From a virus (Duplodnaviria > Heunggongvirae > Uroviricota > Caudoviricetes): a DNA stretch of 64,000 bases. Shown piece by piece: positions 1 through 8,796 of this stretch (its first letter is position 1; the number at the start of each line of letters is the position of its first letter). A program made the position numbers and the translations under genes. Below the pieces are notes generated by a model. It saw nothing but the letters and a program-made list of their open reading frames with translations, was not told the origin of the DNA and ran no database searches. The stretch covers positions 125,413 through 189,412 of the IMG/VR virus record IMGVR_UViG_3300014205_000001, one strand, 5' to 3'.

Positions 1-128
1 AAGTATGTAAGATACTTGCTGATTGGTTTGTTTCAGTTGATCATAAATCCAATGTGAATCAATTAGAAAAATTTTTAAAAGAAACTTTTGGTACGGATAT
101 GCGTATCACTGATCAAGGTTTATCATAA
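1..128 (+). CDS. 3' end of a hypothetical protein (truncated by window start)
   Basis: Frame 3 is open from window start to TAA at 126-128 (..VCKILADWFVSVDHKS..TDQGLS). Confidence 0.6.
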   Translation, partial: VCKILADWFVSVDHKSNVNQLEKFLKETFGTDMRITDQGLS

Positions 129-152
129 TTACTAATCTTTAAAACTTATAAA

Positions 153-827
153 ATGGAATATAATAACATTCGGTTGAATAAAACCATAGCAAATAAAATC
201 GGTGCTTTTAAACCTAGCGAATTCGCAAAAAAAGGAGTGAAAGTAGGTGATTATCTTATCAGTTGTCACTTTGGTGATGTGATCTTACTCACAGCTGAAA
301 AAATGAAAAACTTAATCCAATGGGAAACAAAAGGCGTGTATTACGTCAAACCCACCAAACAAAATATTGATCAGGTGCGTGCGAAATATAAGTTACAACA
401 AACAATTGATAAGTTACGTGATCAGCGTGAAAAATTAATTGAAGATGAAAAGAAACTCGCAAAACAAATTCAAGGTAGTTTTGGAAAAGAAACTACATCG
501 GATATTGTGTTGTTCATCCATGTTGATCGTGAAAATAAACGTCAACTAAAAGTAAAAGATGTGCCTGTTCTTGAAGGTCATGAGTTACTTAATTTTGGAA
601 TCCGTTATGATCATCGTAAACAACCACATGGTGGTGAGGCTTTATATATTGCATTGATCCGTATTACTGGTTTAACATCCAAACAAAATCTTGCACAGTA
701 TGGTGGATTGGTAAATAAAATTTTCGATAGTAAACGTTCAGGATTTGGTTATGCAAAAGATATTCAGGACACAGGTTACAAACCCGGCGAAAAGTTTGTG
801 GATGGGATGACTACTGTGATTAAATAA
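153..827 (+). CDS. hypothetical protein
   Basis: 224-aa ORF with A-rich upstream; no motif recognised. Confidence 0.8.
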   Translation: MEYNNIRLNKTIANKIGAFKPSEFAKKGVKVGDYLISCHFGDVILLTAEKMKNLIQWETKGVYYVKPTKQNIDQVRAKYKLQQTIDKLRDQREKLIEDEKKLAKQIQGSFGKETTSDIVLFIHVDRENKRQLKVKDVPVLEGHELLNFGIRYDHRKQPHGGEALYIALIRITGLTSKQNLAQYGGLVNKIFDSKRSGFGYAKDIQDTGYKPGEKFVDGMTTVIK

Positions 828-860
828 GGCACTAAAGTTTATTTGTTTGACTATCAAGGA

Positions 861-943
861 GTTACTATATTATAGTAACTTTTTGAGCAAATAAATTTTC
901 TAGATACAAAATAAATGATTAATTATGTAGTGTCAAACAATTA
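861..943 (+). repeat. early-promoter direct repeat, copy 1
   Basis: About 83-bp unit GTTACTAT..AGTAACTTTT..AAATAAATTTTCTAGATACAAAATAAATGATTAATTATGTAGTGTCAAACAATTA, repeated at 1738 and partly at 2895. Confidence 0.9.
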
Positions 944-956
944 AATACTTATTATC

Positions 957-1604
957 ATGAAATTATTCGATCAAATCCAAAAAAACTTTTCAATCGCAGC
1001 AGCGACTAAAATCCAAAAGCTTATTGTAGCTGAACTGAAAAAAGCAGGGTTCCAACCTAAACCTTCAAAAATTCTTTATCGTTACACTGACCCAGAATTT
1101 AAAATCGATCTTGTTGTCGATGGTAAAAAACAATGGCTGAGTTATAGTAACGTCGAATTAAGATTCGAACCCAGTTACAAAGAATTAAGTTACGGTAAAC
1201 TTGCATCCCAAATTCGTAAAGAAATTTTGGAAGACGAACAAGCCAAAAAACGCGAAGCTGAAAAGAAAAAACTAAAAAAATCGCAAAACGCACTTTTGGA
1301 TACGCAACTGCCGATCAAACGTAAATACGAATTGGATGCGAAAACCAAGAAAGCTGTGGACAAAGCAGTGAAGTCAGGTAGCTTTAATGAGTTCACTGAT
1401 TTTATTAAAGGTAAAGCTTCCGTACAAGATTTTGGTGACTTTATTACTCACATGAACGAATTGGATGAACCGGAAGATGCAGCTGATCAAAAAGTAAAAG
1501 ATAATTACACCGATGCGTTACACGCTTTAATTCCTTATCTGTTGAAATCAAAACAAATAACTAAGGAACAACACGAATGGTTACAGGATGCTATTAATTG
1601 GTAA
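957..1604 (+). CDS. hypothetical early protein
   Basis: 215-aa ORF directly after promoter repeat 1. Confidence 0.8.
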   Translation: MKLFDQIQKNFSIAAATKIQKLIVAELKKAGFQPKPSKILYRYTDPEFKIDLVVDGKKQWLSYSNVELRFEPSYKELSYGKLASQIRKEILEDEQAKKREAEKKKLKKSQNALLDTQLPIKRKYELDAKTKKAVDKAVKSGSFNEFTDFIKGKASVQDFGDFITHMNELDEPEDAADQKVKDNYTDALHALIPYLLKSKQITKEQHEWLQDAINW

Positions 1605-1609
1605 GTAAT

Positions 1610-1750
1610 ATGAAACTATTTAACTTCCTCAACTTTAGTTTCGAATTACAAGGTAATTCCATCCTATTATACAACTACAAAGGCAGGCTCTTTCACACAT
1701 TCCCAGCAACGAAGTTTAACAGATTGATAGTCAATAAGTTACTATCTTAA
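1610..1750 (+). CDS. small hypothetical protein (46 aa, not in ORF track)
   Basis: MKLFNFLNFSFELQGNS..NKLLS fills the gap after 1604. Confidence 0.5.
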   Translation: MKLFNFLNFSFELQGNSILLYNYKGRLFHTFPATKFNRLIVNKLLS

Positions 1751-1820
1751 AGTAACTTTTAACAAAAATAAATTTTCTAGATACAAAATAAATGATTAAT
1801 TTTATAGTGTCAAACAATTA
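1738..1820 (+). repeat. early-promoter direct repeat, copy 2
   Basis: Near-identical to 861-943. Confidence 0.9.
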
Positions 1821-1847
1821 TAACATTAACTTTTAAAACCTATTATC

Positions 1848-2747
1848 ATGGAAAACAAAAACAACATTACACTGGAAAATTTATCACCTGCTGAACAACA
1901 ACTAATTCTTTTACAAAGAGAAAAAGCAGAAATTGAAGCTAAGGAAAAAGCACAACAACTGCAAATCAAAACTGAAAAAGAAATCGCTGCCAAAAAAGTT
2001 GAAATGGCAAAATTCCTTGCTGATTGGCAACAACAAAACAATAAAGCACATTCATACTTAGGTGACCTTCAGGACATCGACCCAAGGTTCCAATTAGTAA
2101 CTAAGGAACGTACACAAATCTTCGAAGTATATCACAACGATGACAGAGAAAGCGGTTATGCAAAAATCGTGGATTGGACCGAAGAAGTTAAATTCCTGGA
2201 CCTTTCAATTATGCATACTGCATTGGAACGTAAAATTATTTTGATCCGTGAACACAGAGTATCTGACAGTCGCTATAGTTCACGCACTACCAATCATGGT
2301 TACAAAATGACTTTCGATGAATATGGTGGACGTTACACTAAGGACCCAAAAAATATGGCATCCAAGTTCACTGAAATCCTGGAACAAAAAGCACGTGAAC
2401 TTCGTGAAAAGAATACAGCTGCTACTGCACAAGAAATGGCAGACGCAAAATTAAAAGAACTCTACCCTACTGCAACCATTGAACATAAATCGGAAAGGAT
2501 TTATCCTAACAATTATGGTGGAAGTCGCCGTTACGATCAAAAGCCTTATGACAGCACTTGGTTCAATGTAGTATTTCCTAACGGTTATGGAATTAAAGTT
2601 GCTTACGGAGTACATAACAACGAACTATGGTTACGTAAAGACGGAACATTCGCTCCTAACTTCGAAGGTGAAAGTAACCAATTACTTGACCCAAAAAATA
2701 AAGGTGTACAAAACTTCATCACTGCACTACAAAATATTTCTAAATAG
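1848..2747 (+). CDS. hypothetical early protein, N-terminal coiled coil
   Basis: 299-aa ORF after promoter repeat 2. Confidence 0.8.
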   Translation: MENKNNITLENLSPAEQQLILLQREKAEIEAKEKAQQLQIKTEKEIAAKKVEMAKFLADWQQQNNKAHSYLGDLQDIDPRFQLVTKERTQIFEVYHNDDRESGYAKIVDWTEEVKFLDLSIMHTALERKIILIREHRVSDSRYSSRTTNHGYKMTFDEYGGRYTKDPKNMASKFTEILEQKARELREKNTAATAQEMADAKLKELYPTATIEHKSERIYPNNYGGSRRYDQKPYDSTWFNVVFPNGYGIKVAYGVHNNELWLRKDGTFAPNFEGESNQLLDPKNKGVQNFITALQNISK

Positions 2748-2792
2748 GTTAATTGTTTGACGACACAGTTACTTCAATGTAACAACCTATCG

Positions 2793-2819
2793 AGGAGCCA
2801 CAATCGTGGCTCCTTTTTT
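2793..2819 (+). terminator. intrinsic terminator
   Basis: AGGAGCCAC-aatc-GTGGCTCCT followed by a T run. Confidence 0.85.
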
Positions 2820-2894
2820 CATGATAGTATCTTTGACATACCGTTACTTTTTAACACAGACTTATTAACATAGTAATTGTTCATAAGTTACTTT

Positions 2895-2949
2895 AAATAA
2901 ATTTTCTAGTTACAAAATAAATGATTAATTATGTAGTGTCAAACAATTA
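2895..2949 (+). repeat. early-promoter direct repeat, copy 3 (core only)
   Basis: AAATAAATTTTCTAGTTACAAAATAAATGATTAATTATGTAGTGTCAAACAATTA. Confidence 0.9.
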
Positions 2950-2971
2950 TTAACTTAAACAAAACAACATC

Positions 2972-3310
2972 ATGACATTCAACCAAACAGAAGTAGCAAT
3001 GATCGTTTCATACCTACTTAATCCTAATAACATTTGTTCCTATTCTAATTCTGATGTTAAAGAACTTGGACATTTCACTGTCAAAGATTCTAACTCTAAA
3101 CAAGGTCAACAAGTCGATTTTATCGTAAAAGCAAATGCATACGAAGCAGCTACTCTCATTGTAAAAACTTATGAAATCGTTGAATCTAACAACGCTGCCG
3201 ATATGCAACGCTTACGTGATGCGAAATCCTTGCTATACTTCCCTGAATTTTTCGCTATAACTCCCATCGGCAAAGTACGTCAAGTATGTAACAACGGCGC
3301 AACATCTTAA
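2972..3310 (+). CDS. hypothetical early protein
   Basis: 112-aa ORF after promoter repeat 3. Confidence 0.75.
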   Translation: MTFNQTEVAMIVSYLLNPNNICSYSNSDVKELGHFTVKDSNSKQGQQVDFIVKANAYEAATLIVKTYEIVESNNAADMQRLRDAKSLLYFPEFFAITPIGKVRQVCNNGATS

Positions 3311-3321
3311 TACATTACACC

Positions 3322-3590
3322 ATGAAAGACACTATCAATCTTAATCAGGAAGTTACTATCCACCTCACCGACTCACCGACAAAGGCTTCATACGCCTCAA
3401 AGAAATCATCAAGGAGCAGATGTTCTTCAACACCGACAAAGAAGTAGATGACTACGTAAGCAAGCGTAAGGTAGGCACCGACGGCTACAAGGACCAACTG
3501 TATAGCCTCATGCACCTTGTAGGTCCTATGATGTTCAACGGTAGTCCTTACTTAGTTACTACAGTATGTGAGATCGGCAAGCTACCATAG
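3322..3590 (+). pseudogene. small gene frameshifted by an 8-bp tandem duplication
   Basis: CTCACCGA x2 at 3364-3379; removing one copy gives a continuous 86-aa ORF MKDTINLNQEVTIHLTDKGFIRLKE..DQLYSLMHLVGPMMFNG..GKLP. Confidence 0.75.
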
Positions 3591-3605
3591 CCTACTACAC
3601 TCAGG

Positions 3606-3633
3606 ACTCCAGGTCTACAGGGACCTGGAGTTT
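3606..3633 (+). terminator. hairpin, possible terminator
   Basis: ACTCCAGGTC-tacagg-GACCTGGAGT with a short T tail. Confidence 0.55.
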
Positions 3634-3901
3634 ACATTGAGGCAGAGTTACTACGACTCGACAATCCTATAGAATTATAAAAAGTTTTTTCGCCTTATAA
3701 TATATTTTATAGCCAGTTTGAATCTATAGGGCTATGGGTTTAGTCCCTGTTAGAAAAACTTGTAGGGGTTTAATCTAAAAAACCAAAAACGAAAATCTGA
3801 CTTATTTCTTATCCCTAGCCAAATCTAAAGTGCAACCTTGCGCAGGAAAACAGGCATTGCACGAAAAAAAATTTTTCACGATTTTGGAAACTAAACCCTA
3901 T

Positions 3902-4288
3902 TTATAATATAGGTACTAGTTTAATGGCACGTTCTAATGCATCAAATCGTAGTTGGCTACCAATATCATTGTCTTCATTATCATATACTGGAAACCAATA
4001 CATATTGTAATCTTGAGGTCGTTGGGCTAAAAGTTCAGGTAGAAAGTCCATACCTTCGCGATTGTTATATAGCATTTCGTCATATACTTTTTGCCATTTA
4101 TAATTAGGATTTTGTACTGGACTTTCTTCAAAAAGGGCTTCATTGATTAAGTAGCACAAACCGCCTGTGTATAATTTGTCACCTTTATCGATGGATTTTT
4201 GTAAGACACTTTGAATGTGTCTGTATAGTTCTAATCTTTGAATCGGATTGAGAGTAAAGGGTGGTGTGATAGGTTCTTGTTCTTTCAT
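3902..4288 (-). CDS. hypothetical protein, paralogue of 4302-4631
   Basis: Shared motifs FTL..RL.LY, YTGGLC, MDFLPELLAQ.P, YWF. Confidence 0.8.
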   Translation of the reverse strand: MKEQEPITPPFTLNPIQRLELYRHIQSVLQKSIDKGDKLYTGGLCYLINEALFEESPVQNPNYKWQKVYDEMLYNNREGMDFLPELLAQRPQDYNMYWFPVYDNEDNDIGSQLRFDALERAIKLVPIL

Positions 4289-4301
4289 AAGACTTTGTAT
4301 A

Positions 4302-4631
4302 TTAAAAAGGTTTTTGGATTAAAATTAAATCAATTGCTTTATCTAAGGCTTTGATACGACTATCGTTGTCGCCTGGACGAAACCAATAGTTTTGTTCATG
4401 ACTGATATTAGTAGGTTTTTGGGCGAGTAGTTCAGGTAGAAAGTCCATATTATCGTATACGGATTGATACTTGTAATTGCTATTATGAAAGGGACTACTA
4501 TGGCTATGTAGTAATGTATTGATATGACTACATAATCCTCCGGTGTAGCGATAATTGGAATGGGCGTTAATATAAATGTTTCTAAGGTATTTATATAGTT
4601 TTAATCTTTCTTGAATCTCGAGTGTAAACAT
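4302..4631 (-). CDS. hypothetical protein, paralogue of 3902-4288
   Basis: Same motifs as 3902-4288. Confidence 0.8.
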   Translation of the reverse strand: MFTLEIQERLKLYKYLRNIYINAHSNYRYTGGLCSHINTLLHSHSSPFHNSNYKYQSVYDNMDFLPELLAQKPTNISHEQNYWFRPGDNDSRIKALDKAIDLILIQKPF

Positions 4632-4632
4632 A

Positions 4633-4830
4633 TTATGATTCTTTAGGTTGTTTAGTAGATGTAGTAGTGATGGGTGGTGCAGGAAATTTACGGTCGAATT
4701 CTTTTAAGATTGAATTAGCCCAACTAATTGCTGCATCTGTAGATTTGCATGTTTCGGCGCCGGCAACATGTGCTGCTGCTTGGTACCAACATTCTTTACG
4801 TTTGGATTCGTGATCTTCTTGTGCTGTCAT
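4633..4830 (-). CDS. small hypothetical protein
   Basis: 65 aa, tightly packed in a minus-strand operon. Confidence 0.7.
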   Translation of the reverse strand: MTAQEDHESKRKECWYQAAAHVAGAETCKSTDAAISWANSILKEFDRKFPAPPITTTSTKQPKES

Positions 4831-5370
4831 TTAATTTGTATAAGAATAGGATTGTAACTGTTTCTGAAACGTATCCCTGTCATATCCCAGATGGGACAGT
4901 TTACGATTGAGTTGTTTGTCCCAAATGGATGTATCGATCACTTCAGTCTGCAGTTCAGCTAAGAGACTTCCTTTATCTTCTACGTTACATAGATATTCGA
5001 AATATTTAATCCAAATTTCGGGTAAGGAAGTTTGGGCTTGCATCCAGGGTAGATATAATTGTTGCGTAAAGTAAATTGCTTTGAGTTCCGAGATTGCGTG
5101 ATTGAGTTTCAGACCTGAATCTTTTTGTTCAAAGACGGGAAAGGATAAATTGTACTTCTTGCGCATCTGATGATTAGCAGCTAGGAAGTGACAGATTTCG
5201 TGCATGATAAAGATAAAGTCACCTGTATCGACATTTTGATACTTGGGTGAAAATTTAATGGCTTTACGAGTTTGATACGTGTCATAGTTACTGGGTGCAG
5301 GCGTAATTTTCTTGCCTGTGAGTTGTTGACCTGTTACGATGATATGTTCCAATAAGGGTTGATATGACAT
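4831..5370 (-). CDS. HExxH-motif (zincin-like) protein
   Basis: MHEICH motif with a downstream Glu (ISELKA). Confidence 0.55.
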   Translation of the reverse strand: MSYQPLLEHIIVTGQQLTGKKITPAPSNYDTYQTRKAIKFSPKYQNVDTGDFIFIMHEICHFLAANHQMRKKYNLSFPVFEQKDSGLKLNHAISELKAIYFTQQLYLPWMQAQTSLPEIWIKYFEYLCNVEDKGSLLAELQTEVIDTSIWDKQLNRKLSHLGYDRDTFQKQLQSYSYTN

Positions 5371-5371
5371 G

Positions 5372-5458
5372 TTATTTCAGTAAATACATTTCCCATAAAC
5401 TTCCGATCAGGATTCCTAATAGAAATGCGGCTAGGATGTAGAAAGTTTGTAGTTTCAT
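5372..5458 (-). CDS. 28-aa single-pass membrane peptide (not in ORF track)
   Basis: MKLQTFYILAAFLLGILIGSLWEMYLLK abuts the next ATG. Confidence 0.55.
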   Translation of the reverse strand: MKLQTFYILAAFLLGILIGSLWEMYLLK

Positions 5459-5638
5459 ACTACAATTATATGTATAATAGAGTAAAAAAGAAAATGCTGG
5501 GCGAGCCAGTCTGATTTGACGTTCCGATAATTACTTAGTAACTGATTGATTATCAATGATAGGTCGAAGATTCAGCCGGTAGCCACCCGTTGGGCGGGAT
5601 TAGGAGGCTTGAGAATTAATAGATAAAAGAAAGATACG

Positions 5639-6028
5639 ATGAAAACATTACTAATATTTTTATTATTGCTGCTCGGTAGTTATAATATACAGGGACAAGA
5701 AATCATTAAAGAAAAGATGTTGGCGCCTTTTTTTCGATACTATGACAGTGGACAATTACAGCAGTCGGGATATGTTTCGGTTTTAAATGTTTATGATACA
5801 CTTACGTGTGTGTCTCGATTAGTGAGTGTTGTGGATTCGACTTGGTTGTTATATGATAGTAAAGGTAAATTAGTGCAGACGTGTCAATATCAAAATGGAT
5901 TAAAAGTGGGTGTGTGGGAGTATTTTATGGATGATTATATTGGGCAAGCTGTATATGTGGAAGGGTTAAAAGTCAGATATATTGAGATGACGTATACAGG
6001 TAAATTACTGTTTTTAAAAGATTTTTAG
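5639..6028 (+). CDS. exported MORN-variant repeat protein
   Basis: Signal peptide; YYDSGQL, YDSKGKL..YQNGLKVGVWEY repeats. Confidence 0.7.
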   Translation: MKTLLIFLLLLLGSYNIQGQEIIKEKMLAPFFRYYDSGQLQQSGYVSVLNVYDTLTCVSRLVSVVDSTWLLYDSKGKLVQTCQYQNGLKVGVWEYFMDDYIGQAVYVEGLKVRYIEMTYTGKLLFLKDF

Positions 6029-6042
6029 AAGATATATATTCT

Positions 6043-6582
6043 ATGAGTACACGAATTTTAACCATTGAACAATACAAGAAATTTTTAGAAAATTCTACAC
6101 CGCCACAAATTGTGGATATGACACAATTAGTGCAACAAGCTACTGCAGCTCAAGTTGAACATGGTCATGCGTTTATGAATTATTTAATTGATCAGTATTT
6201 AGGAAATCCTGCATTTACTACAGAATTTTCGGAAGATTATTATTCCTTATATGAATCAGGAATGGTAGAAGATTTCTTTGAAAAGTATAATGATGAACCT
6301 TACAATATGAGCGATGATTTAATTGATGCTTTAATGGCTGAATTAGAAGAAGGTAACATGAATCATATACCCAATCGCCCAACAAATGAAGGCAAGAAAA
6401 GTAATGAAGAAAAATTGGCTCGTTACAAACAGCAACTTGCTAATTGGGACGAAGCACACGAAACGGAACTTGCGAAGAAACGTAAAGGCAGTAGTTTAAA
6501 GAAGAAAGAACGTTTACGTAAACGTATCTTAGCTTTACAAAAGAAAATGAAACGGGAAGCTGAAGGCACAACTGAAAAATAA
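6043..6582 (+). CDS. putative internal head protein
   Basis: N-terminal RILTIEQYKKFLE tag; GATATATA 4 nt before ATG; acidic domain then basic tail after PTNE. Confidence 0.6.
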   Translation: MSTRILTIEQYKKFLENSTPPQIVDMTQLVQQATAAQVEHGHAFMNYLIDQYLGNPAFTTEFSEDYYSLYESGMVEDFFEKYNDEPYNMSDDLIDALMAELEEGNMNHIPNRPTNEGKKSNEEKLARYKQQLANWDEAHETELAKKRKGSSLKKKERLRKRILALQKKMKREAEGTTEK

Positions 6583-6583
6583 C

Positions 6584-6608
6584 AAAAGGACCTTTACAGG
6601 TCCTTTTT
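6584..6608. terminator. bidirectional intrinsic terminator
   Basis: AAAAGGACCT-ttac-AGGTCCTTTT between convergent genes. Confidence 0.8.
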
Positions 6609-6914
6609 AGTTATCAGTTTGTTATTGATATATTCTTCGTATTTAGTTTTTCGCCCTTGTCTGTAATATAACTTACACAGTTTATTATCTTCTTTCCACG
6701 ACCAAATCCCTACTTTAATTCCTAATTGATAATGAGCAATTGATACAGTGTCACCTTTGTGATTATACATTACCCAAACGGAATCTAATTTTTTGTTAGT
6801 AAAATAACCACTTTGTTTGATTAAGCCGTAATTCGTTCTATAATTCACGAATTGAGTCTGTGCAGAAGTTACAGACAATAAAAAAGTCAAGAGTAAAATT
6901 AAACATGTTTTCAT
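6594..6914 (-). CDS. exported MORN-variant repeat protein
   Basis: Signal peptide; QSGY..DSVW..Y..KG..YQLGIKVGIW, paralogous to 5639-6028. Confidence 0.7.
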   Translation of the reverse strand: MKTCLILLLTFLLSVTSAQTQFVNYRTNYGLIKQSGYFTNKKLDSVWVMYNHKGDTVSIAHYQLGIKVGIWSWKEDNKLCKLYYRQGRKTKYEEYINNKLITKKDL

Positions 6915-7007
6915 ATTATTTATATTAAAGATGAGGTTATATGTTTTCTAATTGTTATCTAACGATTAATAAATTTAACATTCAATTTACATTCCGATAT
7001 ATAATAT

Positions 7008-7253
7008 ATGAACATTTTAGCAGCAATTGCCTTATTATTACAATTAACAATTCAAGATTCAGTTACGGGTGAAAAATTAGTCGGTGTCAAAGTCGCAACC
7101 AAAAGTGGTATTTATTATACTGATTTAAATGGACACGTTGCAATTCCGGGTCAAGATTCAGTAGTCGTGATTAATTATGTTTCGTATCAAGATGTGATTA
7201 TCACAACTAAAAAAGATACTACGATAAAGATGCATCCAAAAGTACAACTTTAG
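7008..7253 (+). CDS. CarboxypepD_reg-like (prealbumin-fold) small exported protein
   Basis: DSVTGEKLVGV.V...TDLNG...YVSY pattern, typical of the N-terminal domain of Bacteroidota TonB-dependent receptors. Confidence 0.65.
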   Translation: MNILAAIALLLQLTIQDSVTGEKLVGVKVATKSGIYYTDLNGHVAIPGQDSVVVINYVSYQDVIITTKKDTTIKMHPKVQL

Positions 7254-7488
7254 CAATTAGTTTTTCGGTCCGAATTAAGTCCAATGGGTACATGCCAGTC
7301 GTATTAATTTTCTGTTCCCGAAAATGATGTAACTCTGCAGTTACGTGTACACCTTTCAAAGGTTTTTTCAACCAAATAAAATGTTCATCTAATGTTGTAG
7401 GAATTTGTCCTTTCAGGATTTCCCATTTGTTACCTTTATCATCGATAAAAATATTGCCTTGTATAGAATTTAATAAGTTCAAGTTCAT
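7219..7488 (-). CDS. hypothetical protein
   Basis: 89-aa ORF, last in a minus-strand operon. Confidence 0.65.
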   Translation of the reverse strand: MNLNLLNSIQGNIFIDDKGNKWEILKGQIPTTLDEHFIWLKKPLKGVHVTAELHHFREQKINTTGMYPLDLIRTEKLIAKVVLLDASLS

Positions 7489-7489
7489 G

Positions 7490-8008
7490 TTATTTTGTAT
7501 TTCTGAATGAATGTTTTAAATCAAAACCATTACCTACAATTTTTTCGGAATCAGTTCTGTTATCGGGTTTGTCGATACTTGAACTGCACCAATTGTATAA
7601 TAAAATGTATATTACTTCAGGTGCAATAAATTTACCTAAATTATAATCACTTAATTTAGGATTTTTTACTACTTCAGTTCCATACACTAATATAATAGGA
7701 CAATTTAGTTTGGTATTAAGATTCGTTGGGTCTTTTTTACTCACCCAAGGTTGAGGTTGATTTTGCGGTTGTAAAGAATCAATTAATAATAATTGACCTT
7801 GCATATATTGTAGCCGCAATATATTACCACAGATATGAAAGTTCAGCATATCTTTATCTTTCAAAAATTGTGGAAAAGGAAAACCTTGTTTAACAAAGGT
7901 ACCGTTCCAGTTTTTTACTTCTGTGACACGATTATAAATTACTTTTTCATCGATGCCTTGTTGCATAAGAAAATCGTAATAGCATTTAAAATTAGAGATT
8001 ATTTTCAT
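7490..8008 (-). CDS. hypothetical protein
   Basis: 172 aa, MKIISNFK.YYD...KIVGNGFDLKHSFR; start overlaps the upstream stop. Confidence 0.75.
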   Translation of the reverse strand: MKIISNFKCYYDFLMQQGIDEKVIYNRVTEVKNWNGTFVKQGFPFPQFLKDKDMLNFHICGNILRLQYMQGQLLLIDSLQPQNQPQPWVSKKDPTNLNTKLNCPIILVYGTEVVKNPKLSDYNLGKFIAPEVIYILLYNWCSSSIDKPDNRTDSEKIVGNGFDLKHSFRNTK

Positions 8009-8796
8009 TTTGTTTCGTATAAGAGTTTAAACATTTTACCACCACAGGCTCGTAAATTATGTCCTGTTTCGACTTCAATGACAGTTGATTGAATATACAT
8101 TTTCTTTAAATAGTCGTGCATCATTTTGTTACATTCAGTAAATCCTTCATCTTTCGTATTATCAATGATGATTGTATTAGCAGGATTTAATTGTCGATAA
8201 TCAAGATAATTTTGCGTAATTAATTGTACTGCTTCGTCCACAAAACCTGAAATAAAAATTACGTGTTTTAATTTCATTCTCGTTGCTAAGGATGCCATTT
8301 GAATACCACCATTGCTATGACCCATTACTGAAATATCCGATATTGATCGAAACAAATCTGAATAGGTTGTCGTAGTTAATAATTCAACAATTGTTTGATT
8401 GCTTTGTTGAAAGGTACGATTCCAATATAAATTTTTATCGGCTAAATATAAAAGATTGAATCCGTAATGATCAGCCCATTTGGCATAGCGACTCATTTTG
8501 AAAGTACGTTTTGCGTCGCAACCATAACCTGCTAAAATAATTAATAAAGGTCGAGGTTTTTTATTCCCATAAAATACACACCATAAATGTTTATATTCAA
8601 AAGATTTGGGAGTATGTTGATAATATTTAAAGTCAGGTAAATTAGTACCACAGCTTTCACAAATACACATATCACTAAACCGACCGTATTTATAATATAC
8701 AGATTGTGATTGACAGCTTTTACATTCCAAAGGAAAGATACTTTTGTAATCAGCTGTCAGTTTTTCAGGTTTAGGCTTCTTGTTTTTGTTTTGCAT
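8005..8796 (-). CDS. alpha/beta hydrolase with N-terminal zinc ribbon
   Basis: GHSNGG nucleophile elbow, Asp (TKDE), His (TGHN); CKSC..CESC; start moved to ATG 8796. Confidence 0.7.
   Translation of the reverse strand: MQNKNKKPKPEKLTADYKSIFPLECKSCQSQSVYYKYGRFSDMCICESCGTNLPDFKYYQHTPKSFEYKHLWCVFYGNKKPRPLLIILAGYGCDAKRTFKMSRYAKWADHYGFNLLYLADKNLYWNRTFQQSNQTIVELLTTTTYSDLFRSISDISVMGHSNGGIQMASLATRMKLKHVIFISGFVDEAVQLITQNYLDYRQLNPANTIIIDNTKDEGFTECNKMMHDYLKKMYIQSTVIEVETGHNLRACGGKMFKLLYETK

Noticed and set aside
861-2949. Repeats as a CRISPR array
   Set aside because: The units are 55-83 bp and separated by about 0.8-1.1 kb of whole genes.
5490-5615. tRNA or structured ncRNA in a GC-richer intergenic stretch
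   Set aside because: I could not fold a cloverleaf or recognise a family by eye; a covariance-model search would be needed.
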